Source: Gammaproteobacteria bacterium
GTDB taxonomy: Bacteria > Pseudomonadota > Gammaproteobacteria > Eutrophobiales > Eutrophobiaceae
Length of the DNA stretch: 64,000 bases
NCBI GenBank assembly: GCA_965238225.1
Contig: OZ250183.1
Span: 1,024,001-1,088,000 of the forward strand
Reading direction: 5' to 3'
A model generated the notes under the pieces. It was not told the origin of the DNA, ran no database searches, and was given only the letters and a program-made list of their open reading frames with translations. Numbering within the stretch: the stretch's first letter is position 1; each line of letters opens with the position of its first letter. The position numbers and the translations under genes are program-made. Of this stretch, positions 52,796 to 64,000 are shown piece after piece.

Positions 52796-54588
52796 TTATC
52801 TTTACCTATGTGCAGTATGGCCATAAAAGCATTCTGTGGAATCTCTACAGAGCCAAATCGTTTCATCCGTTTCTTGCCTGCTTTTTGTTTTTCCAATAAT
52901 TTGCGTTTGCGACTAATGTCACCGCCATAGCATTTTGCTGTCACATTTTTTCGCAATGCTTTTACAGAGTGCCTTGATAGAATTTTTGACCCAATTGCAG
53001 CTTGAACAGCGACATCAAACATTTGCCTAGGAATAAATTCTTTAATTTTAGCTGTTAGCTCATGTCCTTTATTTCGAGATCGCTCTTGATGCGTAATAAT
53101 AGAAAGTGCATCCACTCGGTCACCGTTAATTAATATATCCAATTTCACCAATGAGGATGCTTCAAATCTCACAAAATGATAATCAAAAGAAGCATAGCCT
53201 CGGCTTGCTGATTTAAGACGATCAAAAAAATCAAGAACAACCTCGCTCATAGGCAACTCAAAATTTAATGAAATTTGATTACCGAGATACTGTAATTTCT
53301 TTTGTACGCCACGTTTTTCGATACACAATGAAATGACATTGCCTAAATAATCCTGTGGCACAAGAATATCAGCGCAAATAATTGGTTCACGGATCTCCTT
53401 AATTTTATCTGCAGGAGGTAGTTTTGCAGGATTATCAACCGTAATTATCTCTCCATTGGTAGTTTCAATCTCATAAATTACCGTTGGTGCAGTAGTAATT
53501 AAACTCAAATCATATTCACGTTCAAGTCGTTCCTGAATAATTTCAAGGTGCAACATCCCTAAAAAACCGCAACGAAAACCAAAACCCAGCGCCTGAGATG
53601 TTTCAGGTTCAAAACGAAGTGCCGCATCGTTTAATTTTAATTTAGTCAAAGCTTCGCGAAAAGCTCCATAATCATTGGAATCAACAGGATACATACCTGC
53701 AAAAACCTTAGGTTTTATTTCCTCAAACCCCAGTAACACCTCTGATGCGGGGTTTTCTGCCAACGTTAAGGTATCGCCAACAGGCGCACCCTCAAGATCT
53801 TTAATGTTGGAAATTACATAGCCAATTTCACCGGTATTCAATACTGTCTGAGCGCACCGTTTCGGTGTAAACACGCCAACTTCATCAATCAAATGATCTC
53901 TGCCTGTACTCATCACGCGTATTTTTTTTCCTGTCGGAAGACAACCATCAACGATTCTTACAAGTGAAATGATGCCTCTATAATTATCAAACCAGGAATC
54001 AATAATCAATGCCCGAAGCGGCGCATCTTCCACACCTGATGGTGCAGGAATGAGGTCTATAATTCGCTCAAGCAAATTTTCTACTCCCAGACCAGTTTTG
54101 GCGCTTACTTGCATTGTATCTGTAGTATCAAGACCAATTATTTCTTCAACCTCATTTAACACACGTTTGGGGTCTGAGTATGGAAGGTCAATTTTATTCA
54201 ACACAAGCAATACTTCCAAATCGAGTTCAATGGCGGTCATGCAATTTGCAACGCTCTGCGCCTCAACACCCTGCGTTGCATCTATAACCAGTAATGCGCC
54301 ATCACAAGCAGCAAGAGAGCGCGAGACTTCATAGCTGAAATCTACATGACCCGGCGTATCAACAAAATTTAACTGATAAACCTCTCCATTTTTAGCTTTG
54401 TATTTAAGGGCAACGCTCTGGGATTTTATAGTAATACCGCGTTCACGTTCCAGATCCATAGAATCAAGCACTTGATCAGCCATTTCTCGTTCAGTCAATG
54501 CGCCACAATACTGTATAAACCGATCAGCCAATGTGGATTTGCCGTGATCTATGTGTGCAACGATCGAAAAATTACGAATATTCTGCAT
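52792..54588 (-). CDS. lepA: Elongation factor 4
   Basis: [42 protein letters not shown]. Confidence 0.98.
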   Translation of the reverse strand: MQNIRNFSIVAHIDHGKSTLADRFIQYCGALTEREMADQVLDSMDLERERGITIKSQSVALKYKAKNGEVYQLNFVDTPGHVDFSYEVSRSLAACDGALLVIDATQGVEAQSVANCMTAIELDLEVLLVLNKIDLPYSDPKRVLNEVEEIIGLDTTDTMQVSAKTGLGVENLLERIIDLIPAPSGVEDAPLRALIIDSWFDNYRGIISLVRIVDGCLPTGKKIRVMSTGRDHLIDEVGVFTPKRCAQTVLNTGEIGYVISNIKDLEGAPVGDTLTLAENPASEVLLGFEEIKPKVFAGMYPVDSNDYGAFREALTKLKLNDAALRFEPETSQALGFGFRCGFLGMLHLEIIQERLEREYDLSLITTAPTVIYEIETTNGEIITVDNPAKLPPADKIKEIREPIICADILVPQDYLGNVISLCIEKRGVQKKLQYLGNQISLNFELPMSEVVLDFFDRLKSASRGYASFDYHFVRFEASSLVKLDILINGDRVDALSIITHQERSRNKGHELTAKIKEFIPRQMFDVAVQAAIGSKILSRHSVKALRKNVTAKCYGGDISRKRKLLEKQKAGKKRMKRFGSVEIPQNAFMAILHIGKDK

Positions 54589-54938
54589 TTGCTTATGTCT
54601 TTGACCGATATAAGAGGTGACTCACCATGTAAAAGATGTAGTAATTTTAGATTGCTAAAGGTAGGCAATTTTAGCTTATCCGAAAACTTATATACAGCTA
54701 TGAGTGGCATCAAAGATAAATAATGCAGAAAAAAGAAATTGTTATATTTTTATTGTTTTCTTCAATATATTATTTTCTTTAATTATTATTCTGTTTGTTC
54801 CGAACTAAGCTATAGTCCTGCAAGCCACCTTTATATCACATCCCTCTTAGCTATCAACATCCATAAGAGATAAAGTGCAGAGAATCCATGCCAGCGGTTA
54901 CCCCTCCTGATAAAATTCCAATGAATACTATGTCTTGA

Positions 54939-56372
54939 TTAGGAATCATCTTTCAATTTTAAGGCAAGAAAAATAGGCGTTCCTCTTCTGTGAATTAAGA
55001 TAGGGACTGACTTGTCTTTAGATAAATGATTAACCAGACTGTTAAAATGTTTCGCATTTTTCACCTTGACGTTATTAATCAGCAGTATAATGTCACCATT
55101 TCGCACGCCTGCTTTGTAGGCAGATCCTAGTGAAATATGGCTGACAATTACGCCATGATTTTTGATTTCTAATTTTTTTCGTTGATCCTTTGTTAAATCT
55201 TCAACGAGCACATTTAATGGATTTTGTTTTTTACTTTTATGTTTATCTGATGAAGATAATCTAATATTCTCATCAGTAGGTAATTCTGCAATTTTAATCT
55301 TAATATTTCTTCGTTTTCTATTGCGAATAATTGTAACTGGCACAGTTTTACCTGCTTTTATACTACCCACCATTGGCGGAAGGTCGGATGAGGTATTTAT
55401 TTTACCCCCATTAAAATTTACAATAATATCACCAACTAGCATTTTCGATTTTTCAGCGGGGCTGTCTTCTAAAATTTCTGCAACAAGCGCACCATGCGGC
55501 TTTTTCATACCAAAAGATTCAGCTAATTCTCTAGTCACATCCTGTATTAATACACCCAACCAGCCACGTGAAACATAACCTTGTTCTCTTAATTGTTTAT
55601 AGATATCTTTAACAACCTCAATAGGTATCGCAAAAGATATGCCTATATAAGTATTTGTACGAGCAGTATAAATATGGGAATTAACGCCTATGACCTCACC
55701 TTGCAAATTAAATAATGGTCCGCCAGAATTACCAGGATTGATTGCAACGTCTGTTTGGATAAACGGCACATAATTTTCACTTGGCAAATTTCGACCTATT
55801 GCACTTACGATTCCTTGTGTAACAGAGTGATCAAATCCAAAAGGAGAGCCGATAGCCAACACCCATTCACCGACTTTTAACGCAGAAGAATCGCCCAGCT
55901 TTAAAACTGGTAATTTACCAGCTTCAATTTTTAATACAGCAATATCACTGCGTACATCAGTGCCGATAACTTCAGCTATGAATTCTCTCCTGTCATTAAG
56001 GCGCACGATGATTTCATCTGCATCTTTCACAAGGTGGTTATTGGTGATGATGTAACCATCCCTAGATACGATAAAACCAGAACCAAGCGAAGTTCTCTGC
56101 TGATTAGGAGCTGTGCCATCAGGGACTTCTCTAAAAAATTTATTGAATAAATCATAGAATGGGCTATTTTTCGGAATGTCAGGCATATTATATCTTTGAA
56201 TCGACTTATTCTTTTTTAAGGTTGTGCTAATATTGACGACCGCAGCAGAGTTTTTTTCTGCCAGTTCAGAAAAATCTGGTAACGAATATACCTGTGAAGA
56301 TTGGGTAGATAAAACAAAGAAAACAAAAATAAGCCTTACAACGTTTTTAGGAAATAGTATTTTGTGTTCCAT
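54939..56372 (-). CDS. DegP/MucD-family periplasmic serine protease with two PDZ domains
   Basis: LGSGF, TNNHLV, INPGNSGGPL, PDZ domains; in rpoE operon. Confidence 0.93.
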   Translation of the reverse strand: MEHKILFPKNVVRLIFVFFVLSTQSSQVYSLPDFSELAEKNSAAVVNISTTLKKNKSIQRYNMPDIPKNSPFYDLFNKFFREVPDGTAPNQQRTSLGSGFIVSRDGYIITNNHLVKDADEIIVRLNDRREFIAEVIGTDVRSDIAVLKIEAGKLPVLKLGDSSALKVGEWVLAIGSPFGFDHSVTQGIVSAIGRNLPSENYVPFIQTDVAINPGNSGGPLFNLQGEVIGVNSHIYTARTNTYIGISFAIPIEVVKDIYKQLREQGYVSRGWLGVLIQDVTRELAESFGMKKPHGALVAEILEDSPAEKSKMLVGDIIVNFNGGKINTSSDLPPMVGSIKAGKTVPVTIIRNRKRRNIKIKIAELPTDENIRLSSSDKHKSKKQNPLNVLVEDLTKDQRKKLEIKNHGVIVSHISLGSAYKAGVRNGDIILLINNVKVKNAKHFNSLVNHLSKDKSVPILIHRRGTPIFLALKLKDDS

Positions 56373-56438
56373 AGGCGCTCCATAAAAAAATTTTAGATTA
56401 TTAATGGTACTGATTTTAAATAAAGGAAAATAATAAAA

Positions 56439-57461
56439 TTATTTGTTTGAAACGATAGATTTGGCAAGTAATTTCACAGTATCTTTAGGAACTTCGCCAA
56501 TGGCAGTGATAAGATGGCCATTGCTTATCGTCGAAAATGTGTTCACGCCACCTATACTCGAGAAACCAGTCACAACATCCTCAGACTTATCAAGTTTTTC
56601 GATAAATACTGAAATCATCGCCATATCATCTGAATATATCAGATGCTCAATTGGTGTTTCATTTTTACCAGAACTCTGTTTTTCTTTACTACTCATGGTA
56701 AAGCCATCAGGTGCCCATGTTGCTTTCCATGAGGCATCTCCCTCATGCATTAGAAAATTTTTCGAGGAGTTATCATGCCAAGTATATTCTGTATATCCTG
56801 CACCTGATATTTCAGGCTTTAATAGTTCATCAGAAATTTCTTCAACAATTTTCAATTCTGCAAAAAATAATTTTTCAAGCGCGATACCTTCCCTGTTTTT
56901 TAGTTCAGATTTCAGTAATAACTTTGATTTCAGATCAATCCACAACTGATATCCATAACGGTAATCATCTTTGGGCAAAATATCTACTACCAATGCAGAG
57001 CGGTTAGCAATACGGTCTTGCCCAGCAATTGAAATAGTGTAGTATCCAGAAACCTTGCTCATTTGTTCAGATAATTGACTGATATTAAATTGTCTTGGAC
57101 GACTTTTTTCTACCATAACGGATTCATCATCGGGAAAAATGTAAGTCACAGAGTTTTTATTACGCAAAACTTCATAAGCAAAGCCTGTTAATGAAACAAT
57201 CCTTTCTTGTATTTCGTCTTCATCAACTTTATGGATAATACGCATAGCATCTACTTTTCCCTGATGTTGATAAATAAGAATACCTTCATAGCTCAATTTG
57301 TGATTCGCCTCAGACATTTGTCTAATGAGTTGTTTTACAGGCAATACTTCATCAACGGCAAAAAGCGATTTTGAGGCCAGTATTAAAAACGAGAATAGAA
57401 AACACGACAACAAGATTTTATCAGGTTTTTTTATAAAAAAATCAGCAAGAAATTTTTGCAT
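56439..57461 (-). CDS. rseB: Anti-sigma E regulator RseB/MucB
   Basis: LSYEG, DRIANR, PKDDYRYGYQLWID, HLIYSDDMA.ISVF, GEVP. Confidence 0.92.
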   Translation of the reverse strand: MQKFLADFFIKKPDKILLSCFLFSFLILASKSLFAVDEVLPVKQLIRQMSEANHKLSYEGILIYQHQGKVDAMRIIHKVDEDEIQERIVSLTGFAYEVLRNKNSVTYIFPDDESVMVEKSRPRQFNISQLSEQMSKVSGYYTISIAGQDRIANRSALVVDILPKDDYRYGYQLWIDLKSKLLLKSELKNREGIALEKLFFAELKIVEEISDELLKPEISGAGYTEYTWHDNSSKNFLMHEGDASWKATWAPDGFTMSSKEKQSSGKNETPIEHLIYSDDMAMISVFIEKLDKSEDVVTGFSSIGGVNTFSTISNGHLITAIGEVPKDTVKLLAKSIVSNK

Positions 57462-57599
57462 GTAAATTTAAGAATCTCACAATAATTGATTAAAACGATA
57501 TTACAGGTAGCGCATATCTTCCCGTTCCACACTCCATTATATCCAACTTCATCAAATTTTTAAGATATATCGTGCGCAAAATTTCTAGAATAAACCCCA

Positions 57600-58187
57600 T
57601 TATCGGCTTGAATCTAAGCCATTAGCAACCATTCTCACGTGCGGTAGCATTCCATTTATGTTTGTATTTGAGCGATACTCGCTATAGTTTATCAAGTATC
57701 GATTTAGGCGCAGATCAAAGTTTCTGGTTTGAGAAAGCTCAACCCTTCCCTTTTTCTGAGCCACTAACTGCCAGTTCGCTATTGAAGAAACCGAAGATAA
57801 CGGGCTTGTAGTAATACTGGGTTGTGCAACAACAGATTGTTCTGTCCTTGGAATTTGTTTGTCTTGTTGAATGTTAAAAATAACGGCCACTGTAACCGAA
57901 GCGGCAATGGCAAATCCCATGACTGGCTTGACAAAATATGAAAATTTCTTTCTTGGAGCAAGTACTGTCGGCTCTAAAGCAATTGCCTGAGTCACATTAT
58001 CTGAAATATCCTTTAGGCGTTTAGGCAAACAACCGCGTAATGAATCACCGATTATATGGTATCGCTCCCAGGTTTTTTTGGCCTTATCGTCTTTCAATAA
58101 ACTATCGACCGCAGACGATATATCATGAGTCAGTTCATTATCTACTAGAGCTGACAATTGCTCACGCTTTTGTTCGTTAGATTTCAT
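57600..58187 (-). CDS. rseA: Anti-sigma E factor RseA/MucA (intact)
   Basis: EQLSALVDNE, WERYHIIGDSLR, TM with AIAASV, periplasmic RYL..Y. Confidence 0.93.
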   Translation of the reverse strand: MKSNEQKREQLSALVDNELTHDISSAVDSLLKDDKAKKTWERYHIIGDSLRGCLPKRLKDISDNVTQAIALEPTVLAPRKKFSYFVKPVMGFAIAASVTVAVIFNIQQDKQIPRTEQSVVAQPSITTSPLSSVSSIANWQLVAQKKGRVELSQTRNFDLRLNRYLINYSEYRSNTNINGMLPHVRMVANGLDSSR

Positions 58188-58250
58188 TTTATTTTGTAGT
58201 GTTGCTCAGTATATTAATTAATTTAGAATTTTAACGTTCAATTAATAGTT

Positions 58251-58457
58251 TTAGTTTTTGTCTATCACTAAGCGTGCTCTAAATATACGCTTAGGCAAAC
58301 AACCGCGTAATGAATCACCGATTATATGGTATCGCTCCCAGGTTTTTTTGGCCTTATCGTCTTTCAATAAACTATCGACCGCAGACGATATATCATGAGT
58401 CAGTTCATTATCTACTAGAGCTGACAATTGCTCACGCTTTTGTTCGTTAGATTTCAT
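58251..58457 (-). CDS. Truncated RseA N-terminal domain copy with RpoE-derived tail (mini-RseA A)
   Basis: First 57 aa identical to RseA, then IFRARLVIDKN; retains native upstream region. Confidence 0.6.
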   Translation of the reverse strand: MKSNEQKREQLSALVDNELTHDISSAVDSLLKDDKAKKTWERYHIIGDSLRGCLPKRIFRARLVIDKN

Positions 58458-58520
58458 TTTATTTTTTAGTGTTGCTCAGTATATTAATTAATTTAGAATT
58501 TTAATGTTCAATTAATGGTT

Positions 58521-58727
58521 TTAGTTTTTGTCTATCACTAAGCGTGCTCTAAATATACGCTTAGGCAAACAACCGCGTAATGAATCACCGATTATATGGT
58601 ATCGCTCCCAGGTTTTTTTGGCCTTATCGTCTTTCAATAAACTATCGACCGCAGACGATATATCATGAGTCAGTTCATTATCTACTAGAGCTGACAATTG
58701 CTCACGCTTTTGTTCGTTAGATTTCAT
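58521..58727 (-). CDS. Truncated RseA N-terminal domain copy with RpoE-derived tail (mini-RseA B)
   Basis: Identical protein to 58251-58457; directly follows rpoE. Confidence 0.6.
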   Translation of the reverse strand: MKSNEQKREQLSALVDNELTHDISSAVDSLLKDDKAKKTWERYHIIGDSLRGCLPKRIFRARLVIDKN

Positions 58728-58770
58728 TTTATTTTTTAGTGTTGCTCAGTATATTAATTAATTTAGAATT

Positions 58771-59349
58771 TTAATGTTCAATTAATGGTTTTAGTTTTTT
58801 GTCTATCGCTGCGCGCGCTCTAAATATGCGCGATCTTACAGTGCCAATCGGACAGTCCATAGCAGTCGCAATATCTTCATAATTCATCTTTTCTATCTCT
58901 CGTAAGATAATTGCAGTCTTCAGATCTTTAGGTAACGCCTCAATCGATTTGAAGATAGTTTCCTGCACCTCGTCCCTTAATAACAAACGTTCCGGGGTTT
59001 CTTGGGATATTAGAGTGTGATCACCATCTATTTGTTCCATACTATCGATATTATATGCTGATTCGAGGGGGGTTCTGGACTTTGCCGCCAAGTAATTTTT
59101 GGCTGTATTGACCGCAATACGGTACATCCAAGTGTAAAAAGCACTATCACCTCGAAAATTCGACAGCGCTGTATAGGCCTTAATAAAGGCTTCCTGAGCG
59201 ATATCCTGCGCATCACTAGGATTATGGACAAATCTTGAGACTAGATTGATAATGCGCTGCTGGTATTTTAATACCAGAAGATCAAAGGCCTGCTTATCAC
59301 CACTTTGCACTCTTTCCACCAGCTGTTTGTCAGTGATGCTTTCGTTCAT
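58771..59349 (-). CDS. rpoE: ECF sigma factor sigma-E (RpoE/AlgU)
   Basis: DKQLVERVQ.GDKQAFDLLVLKYQ, FRGDSAFYTWMYRIAVNTAKN, CPIGTVRSRIFRAR. Confidence 0.97.
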   Translation of the reverse strand: MNESITDKQLVERVQSGDKQAFDLLVLKYQQRIINLVSRFVHNPSDAQDIAQEAFIKAYTALSNFRGDSAFYTWMYRIAVNTAKNYLAAKSRTPLESAYNIDSMEQIDGDHTLISQETPERLLLRDEVQETIFKSIEALPKDLKTAIILREIEKMNYEDIATAMDCPIGTVRSRIFRARAAIDKKLKPLIEH

Positions 59350-59459
59350 TATTAAGGGAGCCCCCGTCTAGGCAAATACTCTGCTATAATTCTTACTGCA
59401 TTAAGATCCTTGAAATTACGGCTTCTATATTGACCGAAATAAATGGCAGGAACCTGAAA

Positions 59460-59486
59460 CCAGAGCTACCTTGAAATTAGAGTTCA
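59460..59486 (-). promoter_or_regulatory. Possible sigmaE-type autoregulatory promoter of rpoE
   Basis: Minus strand GAACT-16 nt-TCTGG, an imperfect match to GAACTT/TCTGA. Confidence 0.3.
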
Positions 59487-59559
59487 GAAATAAATTTTTC
59501 AGCAATAGCTTACATTCATCCTCGGGCATATTACCTTAAGTTAGATGACGCGCCAATAC

Positions 59560-60141
59560 CAACATGCAATGTGTTTATCTGGATATTAGCCATCAACCGA
59601 AAGATTTTATTATTTCTCACTTTCCAAACATTTATCAAAAATGCCTGTGTTTTGGGTTTGATTTAGCCAAACAAGCTGTTCCAGTGGTTCCTGCGGCACA
59701 TTACACCTGCGGTGGTGTGCTTGTCGATATGTATGGCCGAACAGATATGTCATGCTTGTATGCGGTTGGTGAAGTGACGAACTCAGGATTGCACGGCACT
59801 AATCGTATGGCCAGCAATTCGCTGCTTGAATGTATTGTGTTTGCACATTCTGCTTATAAAGACATACTAAGTCCAGGTTAGCAAAAGCGCATGAGTCTTG
59901 CCAATTACCTGCTTGGAACGAAAGCCAAGTCACGGATTCTGATGAAGAAGTCGTGGTTTCTCATAATTGGGACGAGATCCGTCGCTTCATGTGGGATTAC
60001 GTGGGTATCGTCAGAATAACGAAGCGATTGCGCAAAAAAAGCCGAGGTTTGCACTATTCGCTTGATTATCTTCATCTCAACGATAGTAAGACACCTGCAA
60101 ATACAATACTTACCCCTGCAAAAAATAATGAAAATGGTTGA
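59560..60141 (+). pseudogene. nadB: L-aspartate oxidase remnant (C-terminal fragments only)
   Basis: [36 protein letters not shown], then separate fragment [18 protein letters not shown]...SRGLHY; N-terminal FAD region missing; canonical position divergent from rpoE. Confidence 0.9.
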
Positions 60142-60303
60142 TACTGTAAGCTTAACAACAAGGCTTAATTATTATTAATTTAATTAATAAACAATTATAT
60201 ATATAATACACTTAATGTTTATTATAGTTTAATCAATCATAAAGCATTTTAACAATAGTCGCACAAGTATTCTATTAGCGCCAAGACTCAACCTTGGTTA
60301 AAC

Positions 60304-63100
<2,797 letters not shown>

Positions 63101-63171
63101 GTTTCTTTAATTGAACTCGTAAAGATATTTATGAGTATCTATTTTTGAAGGTATTCTCTGCGCATTATTCA

Positions 63172-64000
63172 TCAAGCTATCTGTGCCATCTCAATAGCTT
63201 CATCAACATCAACAGAAACCAGACGCGAAACACCAGGTTCATACATAGTTACGCCAAGCAATTGATTCGCAATTTCCATTGTGATCTTATTGTGTGTAAT
63301 AAATATAAATTGAATATTTGTTGACATTTTTGCCACCATATCACTATAGCGCCCAACATTTGCGTCATCTAAAGGTGCATCAACCTCGTCGAGAATGCAA
63401 AAAGGCGCTGGATTAAGCTCAAAAAATGAAAACACCAGCGCTACCGCAGTAAGTGCCTTCTCTCCACCTGACAACAGGTGAATTGTACTGTTACGTTTTC
63501 CGGGAGGTCTCGCCATAATAGTAACGCCCGTCTGCAATAAATCTTCACCAATTAACTCAAGATACGCATGTCCACCACCAAATAATTGAGGGAATCTCTC
63601 TTTAAGTTTAGTGTTGAGTTTATCAAATGTTTCTTTAAATCTTGTTCTTGTTTCTTTATCAATTTTTCGGATTGCATTTTCCAGTATATTCAGAGCTTTA
63701 TCTAAGTCTTCATTTTGACTGTCAAGATAAGTCTTCCGTTCTGATAAATGTGAAAATTCATCAATTGCAGCAAGATTAATTAGTCCTAATCTTTGTATTT
63801 TCCTAGCAAGTCCTTGTAGACGTTCTTTCCAAACATCAATGTCAGCATTTTCTGCCAATTGCTCAAGCACCAAGGCGACTTTATGTCCGTCAGATTCAAG
63901 TTGTTCCTCGACAGTCTGTAGTCGAATGTGTCTTTCTTGGGTCGCTAATCGTGCCTTTGTTAGGAGATCTTGCAATTCCTGCTGTTTTTGACCCTTGATA
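63172..64000 (-). CDS. smc: Chromosome segregation protein SMC, C-terminal part (partial)
   Basis: LLSGGEKAL signature, [13 protein letters not shown] Walker B/D-loop, FITH. Confidence 0.96.
   Translation of the reverse strand, partial: IKGQKQQELQDLLTKARLATQERHIRLQTVEEQLESDGHKVALVLEQLAENADIDVWKERLQGLARKIQRLGLINLAAIDEFSHLSERKTYLDSQNEDLDKALNILENAIRKIDKETRTRFKETFDKLNTKLKERFPQLFGGGHAYLELIGEDLLQTGVTIMARPPGKRNSTIHLLSGGEKALTAVALVFSFFELNPAPFCILDEVDAPLDDANVGRYSDMVAKMSTNIQFIFITHNKITMEIANQLLGVTMYEPGVSRLVSVDVDEAIEMAQIA

Larger units (their letters stand above)
58021..58829. repeat. 270-bp tandem triplication (rpoE 3' end + spacer + rseA 5' end)
   Basis: Units start at 58021, 58291, 58561 (TTAGGCAAACAACC...). 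Confidence 0.95.

Overview
64-kb window of a low-GC Gammaproteobacterial chromosome that spans the replication terminus. A near-perfect dif site lies at 29531-29558 and housekeeping genes converge on it. The left end carries C1-metabolism genes (pqqBCDE; orf20/orf19/mfnB/pcd-type methanopterin/methanofuran genes), then two tandem Ig-like autotransporter adhesins and a relic of a third. Next come udgB-uvrC-pgsA-tRNA Gly/Cys/Leu and an integrase-free surface-protein islet with three type IVa pilins, a further autotransporter and two nearly pure RTX beta-roll proteins. The right half is core genome: sucCD, tatD-pilZ-holB-tmk-mltG-pabC, fab/plsX/rpmF, maf, sppA, rluC, rne, prfC, pdxJ-recO-era-rnc-lepB-lepA, degP-rseB-rseA-rpoE, ligA-zipA-smc. 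Erosion (yceD and nadB pseudogenes, gene relics fused right at stop codons) and many short tandem duplications suggest a host-associated, reducing genome (inference). The most notable observations are: (1) a 270-bp triplication creating two soluble mini-RseA anti-sigmaE genes with an RpoE-derived tail; (2) an adhesin family with constant 5'/3' anchors and shuffled Ig modules; (3) RTX proteins with a strict Tyr-ladder versus T-L-N/S two-face pattern and an 11-bp VNTR over one promoter; (4) repeated tandem duplication of start-codon regions in surface-protein genes. All calls come from reading the sequence and ORF track; no database search was run.
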